Made by a program: the position numbers and the translations under genes. The notes beneath the pieces were generated by a model. That model was given only the letters and a program-made list of their open reading frames with translations. It ran no database searches and was not told where the DNA came from. A DNA stretch of 60,478 nt, the filler included, from Circinaria calcarea (Eukaryota): assembly GCA_051942165.1 (NCBI GenBank). It is 6 parts of 6 records of this genome, joined end to end, with 100 filler letters (N's around TTAATTAATTAA, not from the genome) between each part and the next. Parts side by side here need not be neighbours in the genome. Positions count along the whole stretch, not along the records: positions 10,115 to 20,124 come from JAVECS010000859.1; positions 20,225 to 30,221 come from JAVECS010000860.1; 4 more parts are not named here. One strand, 5' to 3'. This document shows positions 16,498 through 29,129 of the stretch, piece after piece (position 1 is the first letter of the stretch; every line of letters starts with the position of its first letter).

Positions 16498-17405
16498 AGG
16501 GGTTTAATAGGAAGTCCTCTCCGCTCACATAGCACCAGATGGAAGCAAGTCACATACCGTTATTTCTCCTTGACATGAATCAATATGGAAGGAGATTCTA
16601 GTGATCATCATGTCCCAAGCCCTTGTTACTCCTCGCTAGATCGGATGCTTCATACCCAAAGCCGACGCACCCTAAGATCTAATGCGCTCACCTCCACTAG
16701 TATATGATGCTATAGAACTCTCCTACAGGAATTGTGGTACCTACATAGGCGTGGTCACGTGGTGTGTAGTCTAACAACGTTGTGGGAAATGTTTTTAACA
16801 TGAGCACCTATTGAAACTTCAGTAGTGTTAGGACAGAGCGTGACAAGGCTGAATTAAGCTCGAGCATGGCTAGCGCTTCGACGTTCAACGATAGCATAAT
16901 AATATATTTCCGTATTTGATAAATTTGACAGTTTGAGTGACTTCTCGAACACGGTAAGCGTGGAAAAATGCGGCAGGGCTAGACTAAGCCTCGAGCGCGG
17001 CTAGCCTTACGTGCCAAGCGTCAAAGCTAGGCGCCACCATCTAGTCTGTATCAACTACAGATGTTCTCCTTTACAATACGAAGCAGTAATCCACATCAAT
17101 CAGTACCCATCTACCTTCATGATGTTCTTCCCGCACCTACCCTTGAAAGCTTTGAGATGAGCTTGGGATAAGGCATTCTCGGTTGCGACTCACGTGGCTG
17201 AAAATGACTATGAAGTAACAGACATGCTGTCGATGAAAAACAGACTCGTGAGAAGGACCAATAACGCCGACTTGAGTATCTCAACAGCCTTGCATTACCG
17301 CTGAGATGTGAACTTTCCAGGGTAGGTGCACTGCTGATTACCGTTTATTCCTTTATTCCTATGCTACTCTTATCCATCGACACGCACCTTGGAGCATCTC
17401 CGTGC

Positions 17406-18804
17406 CTACTCTGGAGTCTCCTCTCGCCATGCATCTGCGATACTATGGCCTGTTTCTTCATGCTCTCTCATTATTTCTTCTACCTCTGCCTCCAGCTCTG
17501 CGTGATGGATTGTTTCGCTGCCTCCAGCACTGAATGAGGAATCGTGTTCATCCTCCTCGTTTGTCTCAGACCCTCCAACAGCTTCTGGGCTCGAGGTAAT
17601 CTCGCCGTCTGAGCCGCCTCCATTACTCTCCTCTGCGAGCTCAGCATTCTCCTCCACGTCGGAAATGGTCTTATCGCTTGAGCTGTAGTCAAATTCATCG
17701 CCTATAAGCTGGTCACTTGCATTCGCAACAGAGCTTCCTGCGTCTTCGTCGAGTGGCTCGTAGTCGGACGCCATACCGTACTCATCACCAGCCGTATCCC
17801 GCTCTTCATCGAAAAGGGTATCTTCCTCTTCAGAAGATGTCTCCTCCTATGACTCTTCGGGAACTTCTCTGCGATGCGTAAAATTGACGTTGGGGTATGG
17901 AATTCTTCCTCCCGCTGGACCAAGCGCCGGATTAATTAAGCCAGGGGTGAGGCCTCGGGTTGTTCCGTTGGCAATCTGATGCTGATTGAGGCGGGAGAGG
18001 AGCTCAGCTTCTAGTGGGTTACCTGAATGATGGTTCGGCCTGATGTGCCAGTTTAAAATACCGAAGAGCGGGGCCCAACGACGGTTGAACATCATTTGGA
18101 TCTAAAATGTCTAATTCAGCACGCCATTGTACATTGCTGTTTCTGACTTACTGCATTGCCTTTCACCCTATTTTGTAATTCTTGCCGCATTTCTATATCG
18201 ACCTGTACCTTTCAATTTTAATTCAATTGATGGAAGGATTATTAAAGTGCTTACCCATCGAATTCGTGGATCTATTTACTGTCAACGTTGCCACTTGGCA
18301 AGAGGGATATGAAAACTAGCCAATCCGCCGTACGAAAACGAAATACCACCTGTTTGTAAGTCAACCTAAGACCTACTGTTGAGAAAGAGATACCTCGCTG
18401 ACCATTCTTCTGCCGTGCCAATCTTGTCAACCAAAACAGGGAAATCTAAGAGAGGGCGTCTCGCTTTCCCCGCCTCTGGCAAATGCTCATACATGCCATT
18501 ACCTGCCGCGTCACACTTCTGCGGCGGTAATCCCGAGTTTTTGAAGGTCCACCATGATTGGGGTGCCCAGAGTTCGTACAGAATGTCTGGCAAGTTATGA
18601 AAGGATAGGTAGGCCTGCGCGGGATGAAATGCAATTACATCTGTAGGAGAATTGCCAGTTCTTCGGGGGACGACTGAGAAATACCGTATTAGCTAGTGAG
18701 TATTTCAACTAATCCATTTACTCACCGTATGTAGTTGGATGACCCGGAGGAATTGCCGTGTTTGTTGCGGCCAGATATTGAGGGGTTTGATCCCAAGGGA
18801 CCAT
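17406..18804 (-). pseudogene. Multi-exon hypothetical gene with acidic C-terminus, interrupted by one in-frame TAG (17847-17849)
   Basis: Spliced frame MVPWDQ...NLPDILYEL...RPLLDFPVLVDKIGTAEEW-WYFVFVRRI-DPRIRW-VDIEMR...MMFNRRW...PEES*EETSSEEED... continues in frame into ORF 17406-17774. The model needs one GC donor (18320). Confidence 0.55.
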
Positions 18805-20124
18805 GTTGGAACCTATTAATGATCCAAGTCTGGGAAGACGCAGAAGATGAGGGAGATGCAAAAAATAAGGTTCTCGATGAAACTGGCAGCCCTTTACCAA
18901 GATTAGGTAGCTTCGGGTCGCAGATGCTCCACGAAGAGGAATGATCGAAGCTTGAGAATTGGAACAAGAGTACGGGAATGTCCAAGAGGTGTTGAATCGA
19001 AAATCGGAGAATTTTCGGTCGTTCACAATATAACACTCGCTAAGTTGTTTAGCCACGTGCCTTCAGGGGAGGAAGGGCCCGCAGACCAAGCCAGCTAACC
19101 CAGCTTATCTCCCGCACTCTCATCGCTAAAGTTTCCGAACTGGGTGAATAGCAGTCTGCGTCCAGTCCTCGGTGGAGAGAAAAAGTCTCCTCTACTCTCG
19201 TCTCCTCAAGACCTTTAACTCCCAGCCCAATCGCACCAAGGGGCCGACTCAATGACACCAATCAACCCCTTAGCAGACTCGCGTTCCTCCCTCGTTTCGA
19301 ATCCACCTGCACGCCTTCTTTTTCAACAGCTCCCAAGAGCTGCCATGACCCATGCTACGCTCCCGGTCTCGCGTTCAACAAAGTGAGAAGAAAGTGCATA
19401 GTGTCCAGAATCCGATAGCCGATCTCCTTCCCCTTATTGCTCCCTCTCGCTCCCACTCCCGCTCCCGCCTAGCAGCAAGCAAGTCTTCGAAAGGCTCTGC
19501 AGCTTCTCTGCTAGGCGGTTTTTTTCATGTTCTGGCTCTTTGGCATTTCTTCATTCTAGAGGCGGAAGAGCGCAGAGCACCTTTGGCGGGATTCGCTACG
19601 TAGTGGCTGCAGTGGGGATGATTCGAGAGATATTTGTGGCCCAAGGGTTGGCCGAGCCTAGTTCCCCTGCTAAGCCAGTGCACTTTAGTGCTCCATATTG
19701 CACCGGATGCAATAATGGTTGCCTTGTTGTTGCCTCGTGGTTGTGGCTGCGTAGGGGCGTGAGGTTTAGGGATGGCCGTGGTGGGGAGTTTGGCACTAGG
19801 GATTTTGGATGGTTGTGGGGGGAGGTAGGATGGGGAGTTTAGAATCTAGAGGGGGGGAGCTGGTTTGTTGTGACAACCGTTCTCTGGTGTGTGATGGAAG
19901 AAGTTGGAAGTTGGCAGCTATAGCTAGGGTGATGATTAGGATAGGAGAGAGCGAAAGGAATGATTTTTTATTAGGACAAATGCAACTAGATAATACAAGT
20001 GCTGTCACACGGATAAAGGTCAGAGCTCTTTGATGTTGTTTTAGGACCCGTTTAACTTTGAAGTGGGTAAATATGATTTGAGAAATAGGGGACGGCGCTA
20101 GTGTGGGGGGATAAGTTATTAGTG

Positions 20125-20224
20125 NNNNNNNNNNNNNNNNNNNNNNNNNNNNNNNNNNNNNNNNNNNNTTAATTAATTAANNNNNNNNNNNNNNNNNNNN
20201 NNNNNNNNNNNNNNNNNNNNNNNN
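20125..20224. other. Artificial contig linker
   Basis: N44-TTAATTAATTAA-N44. Confidence 0.99.
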
Positions 20225-20664
20225 TGCCTCGTTACAGGCTGAATGCTTAAAAGCCCACCCTTCCGCCGCCTTCTTCTCCCTCTCCCTCTCCCCTTCCCTT
20301 CTATCCTTCGAATCCCCGGACTAGACCAGAGTAACGCCATTTTGGTCGCCTCTACCGCCACTTGGTGTCTTTGCTGGCACCAATTCGGTGTGAGGCCCAA
20401 CCGTCTACTCTCTCAATTCGCAAAGCGACTGGAAAGCATCAAATCAGGCGTTCGGTGGTTTCTTTCTACAGAAAAAGCATTTAGCATTCGATACGATACC
20501 CAGTTTCTCTATCCATACGATATATACTATTCGGCACCACCGATCTCGACTTTCCGTTCTGCTGTGATTCCATTGACCGTTCATCCTACCGATTATCCTA
20601 CCTCCTTCCTACTCAGCCTCATCCGGCCGGCAAGGCGCAAATCCTCGATCATACGCAAACAGCA

Positions 20665-22212
20665 ATGTTGATTGATGGGGAGAAGTACGCTTGTGACGCA
20701 TGTGTCAGAGGCCATCGTGTCAGCAACTGCCAGCACGCAGGTAAGTCCATAAGCCCTGACTATTGTAGACAGTTGACCGAGTTAATTCGCTTCAGACCGA
20801 GTTCTTACACATATCAACAAGAAGGGTCGTCCAGTGTCGCAATGCCCCCATTGTCGTGGCCTTCGCAAATCCCGTGCTTCTCATGTGAAGTGCGAATGTG
20901 GAGAGAAGCCGCATACCAAAGGGGATTGTGGGTATCCGGAGAAGGGCGACTCAAAACGTGAGCTTGGCCTAGATGGTGTTGATGAATTCCGTCTGACCAT
21001 AGCGTAGTGGATCACCATGTCTGCTGTTGTAGCCATGGAGCTCGTTGTGTCTGTGCCTTGAAGAAAGACTATCTTGACCCCGTTCCCGAAGTCGACGTCC
21101 CCGAAATATCCCCCTCACCATCAAGTACAGACTCTCGAAAACCTCGACTCTCGACTACACACTCAGAAAGCTCCCTAAGCGTAAAGACTAGTGGTCATCC
21201 AAAACCCACACATAAACACAATGATGCGGCTCAGAAGTGCGGGCTCCCATATAAAATCCCAAGGCCACATACCATACACGGCCACTCTTCGATCGCTCAG
21301 AAATCCATGGACAGTCTAGCTTTGTTACCAACAGCAAAAGACGACAGGTCTCAAATGAAGGATTCTATATTCAATGCTCAGCAGGATATACGTCTTGTTA
21401 GGTCAGAGCATGGCTCACCAGATCTAAGGTCTGTACCAAACCTAGACTTGTTCAATGGTCAAGTTCCCCCGCTGAGTTTAACCTACTCCAACTTCAACAA
21501 CTTCACGGCTAGTCCAATAGGTGAGGACTATAACGCCCCGCCATCCAGTGGCTTCGAGTCCTACTTTGCTACACCAGAAGAACAACCGTTTTACTCTGCA
21601 GGATTGGGTACTGCAGTTGATTGGTCTGCTCTTGACTTGGAGAATGGAGCATTCTCGTCATCCTATAGTCAGCCCCCCTCGTACGCCAGTTTCGACCGCA
21701 GCAATGTTGGTCATCCTGGATTGACTACCTCATCTTCCGGAGATGTATCTGAGGCAGACGATTGCATGTTACAGTATCCACTGCCGAGCCCGATGAAGCA
21801 TGAAAACAACCACTATACCACATCTGTCTCCGAGTCTGATCGCGCCGACAACTACCGATTAAGCTCCACGTCCTCCTATTTAGGATTACCACAGACGTCG
21901 ATGCTCGCTAGCAACAGTATCGATAGTCTCGATATTGATAGCTATATACCAGTCGCTACTACCTCGCCTGCAAGCCTTGATGAGAATGTTGGCAGTGTAC
22001 CAAATGACGTGGAGACCTTGACGAGGCATGGTATCACGGTTCAGGATGCGCAAAAACTAGCGCATGTTGGAGTTTCCATTGATGCAATGGGTGATTTGTC
22101 ATTACCAACTACGAGAGATACCAACGATCATCTCTGGGGCGCTGCGTTCAACGAGGACGACACCAATTTTAATGCAGAAGGCCAGATCCCGGAAGGTCTC
22201 TGGAGGAGCTGA
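20665..22212 (+). CDS. aceA: Copper-fist DNA-binding transcription factor, AceA/Ace1-type (exons 20665-20740, 20796-20957, ~21008-22212)
   Basis: MLIDGEKYACDACVRGHRVSNCQHADRVLTHINKKGRPVSQCPHCRGLRKSRASHVKCEC (copper fist with KGRP), followed by Cys cluster 'CCCSHGARCVC' and a Ser-rich activation region. Confidence 0.88.
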
Positions 22213-22648
22213 CATCGGTTGAATGCCAATGGGCCAGCAACGATAATGCTTGTATATACATGAATTATGATGAATGACTTTGCCTAGTACCCATGGAAGC
22301 TTGGTTGAGCGTACATCTGGCTGGATAGATTTCTAAATGCTAGCTATCAAAATTGAGTTGGCCTGTATCGCACTTAATTAACTACGTGACCCGAATCACG
22401 CAGTAATTACATTACGAGGCGGGATCATTGTGCACGGAATATAGTGAAGTCAAAAGTATCAACTGTTGTATTTCGATTACCCGAACCTGCGTGCATGGCT
22501 TTCAGCAATTATCCTAACCTGTCCATCACCAATCGCCTGGGGTATCGAAGCTCATCAAGAAATCATCTTTCATATCCTACACCGACACCTCTACCAATCC
22601 AACCAGATATCCACTTCACTTCGCCTCACCACACCCTTGAATCATTCC

Positions 22649-23039
22649 TCAAAGATTCTTCTTCCCCTTGACCCTTCCCCCCTGCCTCTGCGCATAAACC
22701 GTGTATCCGACGAACGCGGCGGCCAGGATACCGATGATGACGATATTGCCTATTTTTTGTATCCCGAGGATCGTAATTAGCATTGCAGTCCTTCCACTGG
22801 GCCTCCCCCAACCCCTACCCCCGAAACCAAAACCAAAACCTCTCTTGCCTTTTTCTCGCGAGAAGACGGGGGGGGGAGTATTCACACGTACCGAGGAGGA
22901 AATTAAACAGACCGAGGCAGAGGGAGTAGATTTGGGCGATGAGGGTGCTGAAGACGGCGAAGACGGACTCGAAGGCGGAGGTGATGGTGGAAAGGAGGGC
23001 GGAGAGGAGGTTTTGGAGGGAGGTGAGGATGGAGGACAT
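22649..23039 (-). CDS. Small membrane protein (~80 aa, 2 exons), function unknown
   Basis: Exon 1 MSSILTSLQNLLSALLSTITSAFESVFAVF...FNFLL, intron GTACGT..AAATAG, exon 2 GNIVIIGILAAAFVGYTVYAQRQGGRVKGKKNL*. Amphipathic helix, TM segment and KKxx-like tail. Confidence 0.7.
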
Positions 23040-23481
23040 GGCTTTTGGGGGATTGGGTTTTGGTTTTTTGGTTCTTTGGTTCTGTGAAGGTAAGGTGGGT
23101 GGTGTATGTGGTTGTAGAGATGGTAATGGTTGTGGGTGTTGGAATGGAGAGGGCGGGGAATGGGGAGGAGAGGGCTTTGTTTATGCGGATGCCCGTTCCT
23201 TGAATCCCGGGGGAATTATGAAGGTATGACGTAGTGGGGTGGGAAGGGTATCTAAAGCACGCTAAGGTAAGGTAGGGGTATGGAGGTAGGGCTGAAGGGG
23301 CCGTTTGGAAGTGGTTTAGCTTGTTTTGATCTCCAGAGTAATTTCGGGCTTCATAAACAGGGAGGTGGTCTACCGCGCGCAGGTGTGTCTTGGTTGATCT
23401 CCATCTCTTGCTTGTGTACTGGTGTATATACAGACTCCTGATCACTTCTTGGTGTCGGGACTTTTGACTTTTGCCAGTACA

Positions 23482-25144
23482 ATGACTTTCCCGCAGCGCT
23501 TATGCCGCCATAGATCGAGTGCCAATCTTCTCAGTCTTACTCGGTACCACCAGCAACCGAATTGGTGTAGGCATAGCCAGTCTTCAACCGTTTCCACGCA
23601 GTCAACAAAGGACTCTGAAGGTTCTCGGACTAGACGGGACAACCCTTATGTGCGATCACCTGGCCGGCCTGAAGACATCATGAATTATGAGCACGGCTGG
23701 TTCTTGCCCGTCCATCTCGGGGATGTGTTTCATGATGGGAGATACAAGATCATTCACAGGCTCGAAAGCGGCAAGGCTTCTCAACTTTGGCTAGCAAAGG
23801 ACCAGTCCACAGGGTAAAATCCTTCTTTTGTCTCAACGGTCTTTGCTGTGTGAATCAGTGCCTTTACTGACACGAGTTTGGAGGGGTCATGGATATGTTT
23901 CCTTGAAGATTGTCCATAAAAGCAGATCAGAATTAAGAGTCCTTTCTCGAACGAGTCAACTCTCACAGAATCATCCCGGGAGCAAATATATCCCCAAGCT
24001 ATTAGACAGCTTTGTCATCTCGCGATCGGACAACTTGTATGACGGTCTAATAATGGAAGTTCCAGGGACGTATGTCAAAGCAGTACTGCATAATTCGCCG
24101 ATATCATCACATGCTCTGAGGGCCCGGACAATCTCGAAGCAGTTGGCCTTAGGTTTGGCACATCTGCATGAGTGTAACGTTGCTTGCGGTAGTACGTACA
24201 TCTCTTCAGATTATGTCTTTTTCCTGGGCTACTCTTACAATAACATTTTGAATCTAATATCTTAATAGATCTCACTATATTCGGTGTCCACTATACAGCG
24301 CAAGACCATCGAGGTCTTGGCGAACATGAGATCCTGGACCTGCTTGGTCAACCGAAAACGATACCTGTGAGTAGACACGATGGCAAGAGCCTTTCGCCCC
24401 AGATACCTCGTTATACGGTGGTACCCACCGAATTTCCAGGAAGCGAGGGGGAAATCCGCATCTCCGCATTTAGCAAAGGTACGCAATGGCGTTAATGAGC
24501 TTCTCCCGCTGCGGATAGAGGCATTGCTAATACGAAAATGGCAATCTTAGCATTCTTATTCGATGAGAAGCCTCAAGAAATCAATGTACCAAAATCCCAG
24601 CAAGCACCTGAATTAGCTTTTGCGAAAGACCCATCTGAATGGGACTATCGAGTCGATCTGTGGCGGCTAGGGGCTACGGTGAATGCTAATTCTTCTAAAC
24701 AAAGATACCAAATATTTGAAATTCTGACTTAGTCCGTTGTTCAGATTTGTGACACGTTTACCGCGAGGAGCCCTTATCTGGCACGTGGATCTAATAAAGA
24801 CAATCCCAAATGGTGTATGACTCGTGCGGTGTTCAAGCCACCACAAGCGGAGCTGGGTTTCCTTGGTAATGGTGAGTTGACCAGATCTAACAACAGTTCA
24901 CGCTTACCTGTCGTGTATCGCTAACGCTAAAGGGTTGCGGGTAGGACATCGCATTAACAGCTGTCATGGCACCAGACCGCTAGAGGAAAGCATACGCTAC
25001 GCTTACAAAGTGTCGGGAGGAGGCATGTCAGAAACGGAGCTATCTGGTCTGATCGATATTGTTGAGAGCCTCATGGCGATGGATCCAAAAGGGAGGAAAT
25101 CAGCCACGGAAGTAGCAGAGCACCTGTTTCTGAATCCAGCGTGA
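23482..25144 (+). CDS. SRPK-like (CMGC) kinase-fold protein, predicted pseudokinase (multi-exon)
   Basis: 'EDIMNYEHGWFLPVHLGDVFHDGRYKIIHRL', 'YVSLKI', 'QQAPELAF...WDYRVDLWRLG', 'MDPKGRKSA'. Catalytic motifs are degenerate (see findings). Confidence 0.75.
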
Positions 25145-25985
25145 CCTCTGGAAAGACCACGGACGAAAGAGCGGCAAGGATATGTCATCGGTTTTACTAC
25201 GAGTGTAAGAATACAATCTTCGGAACGTACTTAGCCTTACCAACGGTGCTAGACAATGTATATGACAGCGAGGAAGTTCCACTGGTTTGGAGACTAAAAG
25301 CAGTATAGACACATTTCAGATGATCCAAGTGATCATACCCACTAGCGTAAATGCCATTTACCAACCACTCATCATATACTAGAAGTGCAGGTCACACCAT
25401 CTCCAGAGATGCGTACAGATTCCACTCCCTAAGGACTCGAAGAACCTGTGATGGCGGAGATACTAGCCGCTCTCCCGAGCCTTCGTGTTTGTAGCTAGAC
25501 TCAATGCGGAAGCTCGAAAGTCAGAAAAATCTCTCTACTAACGAGGGGGAACTCGGGACAGTTCCGCGCAGTACGACCGGCAAAAAGTAAAAGAGTTCCA
25601 TGGGTAATGTAAAAGAAAACGGGATCTGTTTTCTCTCCTCTCCTAGCTAGCTACTCGGCGGGTGTTGGTTTTAAAAAACCGATAGTTCTATTCCAGAAAA
25701 AAGCCCTATCCAAATTGTCGATTTGGGGGGAGCCTTCTTTTGTAAAAAAGAAACTTTTGATTAATTAATCTCTTTCTTTCCATCCAATCCAATCCAATCC
25801 AAATCTGTTGAGAAAAAGAAAAAGAAAAAGAAAAGAAAACCCCCTGCAGACTTCTTCCCGTCATCTGTACACGTTGATAACTTCGTTGAACTTATTTTTT
25901 TCTCCTTCTCATCCGTGCCGTAGAAGCCCTTCTGAGGACGGCGTGCTTCCCTTTTGATCTGCTGCATTTGGGGAAAAGAGCAATC

Positions 25986-27482
25986 ATGACACGACATCAA
26001 GTTCCACCCGACTCACGACTCCTCTCGGCTCGACCGGTCAGCGTTCCTGTCGGAGGGCATCAAGAGCCTACGCAATCCCTGCCCGCCCAGAGTGTGGGTC
26101 ATAACAATCACTCGGACACCCCGGACCCGCATTCTCATTCCAAGTCCTCGGAGAAAGATCCGGCTTACTCTACGGAACAGTTCAAAAGCAAAGGGACTAC
26201 ATGTATCTGCGCGGATCTTCTAATTCCCGGCCGTGGCGATCCGATCCGAAATGCTGCCGTGGTCCTGGAGGAAGGGAAGATTGTGTTTGCGGGTTTACGG
26301 GATGAATGCCCAGGAAAATACGAAAAAGCCCCGAGGGTGGAAGTACCGATAGTCATGCCTGGATTATGGGACTGCCATACCCATTTCACCGGCGGCTCAT
26401 CTGATCCCTCGCAGTTCCTCCTCCCTTTCCCTGCAACCTTGGGTGCCCGTATCGCCCGAAGCTTCCATGATACCCTGATGGCTGGCTTCACTTCTGTCAG
26501 AGATGTAGGCTCCTATGCGATTGAAGCTTTCAAAGCCGTTGAGGAAGGTATCATTCTCGGCCCGAATGTGTACGGTGCAGGCGCCGCTCTGAGTCAAACG
26601 GCAGGACATGGAGATATCTTCGAACTCCCGGTCGGATGGGTTTGGAGGAACTCGGGTGTCGGTGTCAACGCTATAAATGATAATGCAGGGGTTTCGGCGC
26701 TTTGTCTTGTGGACGGGGTGGATGAGTGTCGGAAGGCTGTACGATTACAGATTCGAAGAGGTGCTAAACTCATCAAAGTCTTCGCTAGTGGAGGAGTCCT
26801 GAGCCGAGATGATGACCCGCAGCTCCAGCAATTCAGTGACGAAGAGCTGAAGGTCATGGTTGACGAGGCAGGGAGGATGAATCGGATTGTAGCAGCTCAC
26901 GTCCACGGAAAAGACGGTATCATGGCCGCACTGCGGGCCGGCTGTCGGACACTCGAACACGGCTCTTATCTAGACGATGAAGCGATCGAGATCATGAAAG
27001 AGAAAGGGGTTATGCTTATTGCCACCAGAACCGTCGTGGAAGAGCTCATGAAGCACATAGACATGCTTGGTCCCGAGCAACGAGCCAAAATCGTCCAGGT
27101 CAGTGGAATCCACAAGGCAGCATACGCGCTCGCCGTCCGGAGCGGCGTCAAATGCGCCCTGGGGACCGACTTGGCAGTCAGCACGCCGGGGAAGCCGCTG
27201 GCGCACGGGACCAACGGAGGCGAGCTCGCATATGCGGTTGAGGCGGGTATGTCGCCTCTCGAAGCTATTGAGGCGGCGACGGCCAACGGGCCTGATACGT
27301 TGGGACCGATGGCGCCGAGGAGCGGGCAGATCAAGGTCGGGTACGATGCCGATGTGATTGCGCTGGCGAGGAATCCGCTGGATGATATCGGTGTGTTTCG
27401 GGAGGTGAAGGATATCACGCATGTGTGGAAGGGGGGGAATTTGTCCAAGGGACCTGGGCTATATACGGGCCTGGCTCCGTAA
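25986..27482 (+). CDS. Metal-dependent amidohydrolase (prolidase-like subfamily), intronless
   Basis: 'PGLWDCHTH' HxH motif, 'GFTSVRDVG', 'QTAGHGD', 'IKVFASGGV', 'AAHVHG', 'TLEHG', 'LGTD', 'GYDADVI'. Confidence 0.92.
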   Translation: MTRHQVPPDSRLLSARPVSVPVGGHQEPTQSLPAQSVGHNNHSDTPDPHSHSKSSEKDPAYSTEQFKSKGTTCICADLLIPGRGDPIRNAAVVLEEGKIVFAGLRDECPGKYEKAPRVEVPIVMPGLWDCHTHFTGGSSDPSQFLLPFPATLGARIARSFHDTLMAGFTSVRDVGSYAIEAFKAVEEGIILGPNVYGAGAALSQTAGHGDIFELPVGWVWRNSGVGVNAINDNAGVSALCLVDGVDECRKAVRLQIRRGAKLIKVFASGGVLSRDDDPQLQQFSDEELKVMVDEAGRMNRIVAAHVHGKDGIMAALRAGCRTLEHGSYLDDEAIEIMKEKGVMLIATRTVVEELMKHIDMLGPEQRAKIVQVSGIHKAAYALAVRSGVKCALGTDLAVSTPGKPLAHGTNGGELAYAVEAGMSPLEAIEAATANGPDTLGPMAPRSGQIKVGYDADVIALARNPLDDIGVFREVKDITHVWKGGNLSKGPGLYTGLAP

Positions 27483-28097
27483 TGAGCGTAAAGCTGGTAT
27501 ATTTCGGAAAGATTGTGGGCCAAGTACTGGTTCCCAGCATCATTTCATGAGCAATCCTCTATGCGAGTCAGGGACGTCGGTTTACTGTGGATGACAGCTA
27601 TTAGCTCAGCACTAGTAAATTAATGCCTAATGCAGCTAGAGCCTCGTAACTTACTTGAAGTACCTTGAGCATTTCGTATGCATGCCATTTGCATCAATTA
27701 TGTCCGAGTAGCGCAAGCGATGAGGTAAATTACAAGGCTATGCTTGGTTTGAGCTGTAATATAATTTGGTATTGAAAATTAGTTACTGACCTAAATGCTG
27801 CTCCTGTTACTCTTTTGCTCTTTTGTTTTCCACTATCTCGTTGTGACACATTGTTGCAGATGGCTTAAAACATATCTGCCCACTCAGTCTCCAGTGTACT
27901 TTCCCCGGATGCTGTTAGATCACCAACATACTGCGTCACGCCTGAAATAATTAGCAAGCCTTCTACGTTTATTGGCGTGTGAACAGTTTATTTAGATTCC
28001 ATTGCTTCGTCTTACCTCATGCTCTAGAACGGACTAACGTTTTTCCACCCTACACAGGCCAACCGCACCTTCCGTGAAGCTTCACGCCGAAGCAGCC

Positions 28098-29129
28098 ATG
28101 GCCGCCTCCTCCGATTCCGACGATGGCAACTTCTGGAGAGTCGACTCCGGCTCGGAAGACGCCTACTGGGACGCCTATGAAGCCACACGCCCCAACTACG
28201 CCGATTCCTCCTTCTGCGAGCACATGTATACCTACCACACCTCTAAATCCTCCCTTCCTACTGCCTCCTTTGCTGTCTCTCCTTCCTTCGGTGTTGCCCA
28301 CGATGTTGGCTGTGGCTCAGGCGTGGCGTCTGGCGAATTCGCCAGACGCTTCCAACATGTTATTGCAAGCGACAATAACGCGTCCTCCCTCGACGCAGCA
28401 CGGCGCCGGCTCACCGTGACCTTACCGGCCAATAAGCTATCATTTTTAGAGTGCAGGGGGGAAGAGCTAGTTTTATACCATCCACCACAGTCTGCAGATT
28501 TTATTGGGGCAGCAGAGTGTCTTCCCCTGATGGACGCGCCTATCGCGCTTTCCGGATTTGCGCGGCTACTCAAGCCCGGTGGCACGCTAGCCATATGGTT
28601 CTATGGACGGCCGCATTTCTCGGAGCCAGAGTATAAGGCCAGTTGTCAGCTATTATTTGATTTTATTATGGACCGTAGCTTTGCGAAGGTGATTAAGGGT
28701 GGAGGCCCGGAAAGGAAGGCAGCATGGAAGAAGGCGGCGGACGGAATGGCAAGTTGGTTGGATTATCTAGACTTTTCCACGGGGCAGTGGGAGTTGGTGC
28801 AGCGGTGGAAGTGGAATTCAAAAAGTGCGAAGATGGGTTTTTTTGGGCCGGAGGCCTGTGACTTTAACATCGAGCCAACAAGTAGTATTGGAGAGACGGA
28901 CGAGGTGATCGAAAAAGAGGACTCCGAGATGTGGAAGGGCACATGGAATGTACAAGGGGTGAAGAATTTTGTGAAAGTCAGCTTCCCAAATTTCAAGGAG
29001 AAGGTGGAGGCAGATAGCGAGATTGAAAGGTGTTTTGGAAAGCTGACTGAAGCGATGGGTGGGGAAGACGCGGTCAGGTCCTACACTTGGCCGGTTGTGT
29101 TGATTCTTGCTACGCGCTCAAGATCATGA
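28098..29129 (+). CDS. Class I SAM-dependent methyltransferase, intronless
   Basis: 'YWDAYEATRPNY', motif I 'AHDVGCGSG', 'VIASD', 'LLKPGGTLAIWFY', C-terminal 'WPVVLILATR'. Confidence 0.88.
   Translation: MAASSDSDDGNFWRVDSGSEDAYWDAYEATRPNYADSSFCEHMYTYHTSKSSLPTASFAVSPSFGVAHDVGCGSGVASGEFARRFQHVIASDNNASSLDAARRRLTVTLPANKLSFLECRGEELVLYHPPQSADFIGAAECLPLMDAPIALSGFARLLKPGGTLAIWFYGRPHFSEPEYKASCQLLFDFIMDRSFAKVIKGGGPERKAAWKKAADGMASWLDYLDFSTGQWELVQRWKWNSKSAKMGFFGPEACDFNIEPTSSIGETDEVIEKEDSEMWKGTWNVQGVKNFVKVSFPNFKEKVEADSEIERCFGKLTEAMGGEDAVRSYTWPVVLILATRSRS

Noticed and set aside
16855..17005. Imperfect direct repeat TAAGC(C)TCGAGC..GGCTAGC about 130 nt apart
   Set aside because: Two short degenerate copies with no TSD, TIR or LTR features; not enough to call an element.
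19340..20124. Possible exon fragments on the minus strand
   Set aside because: Splice-like signals are present, but there is no coherent frame or recognisable motif.
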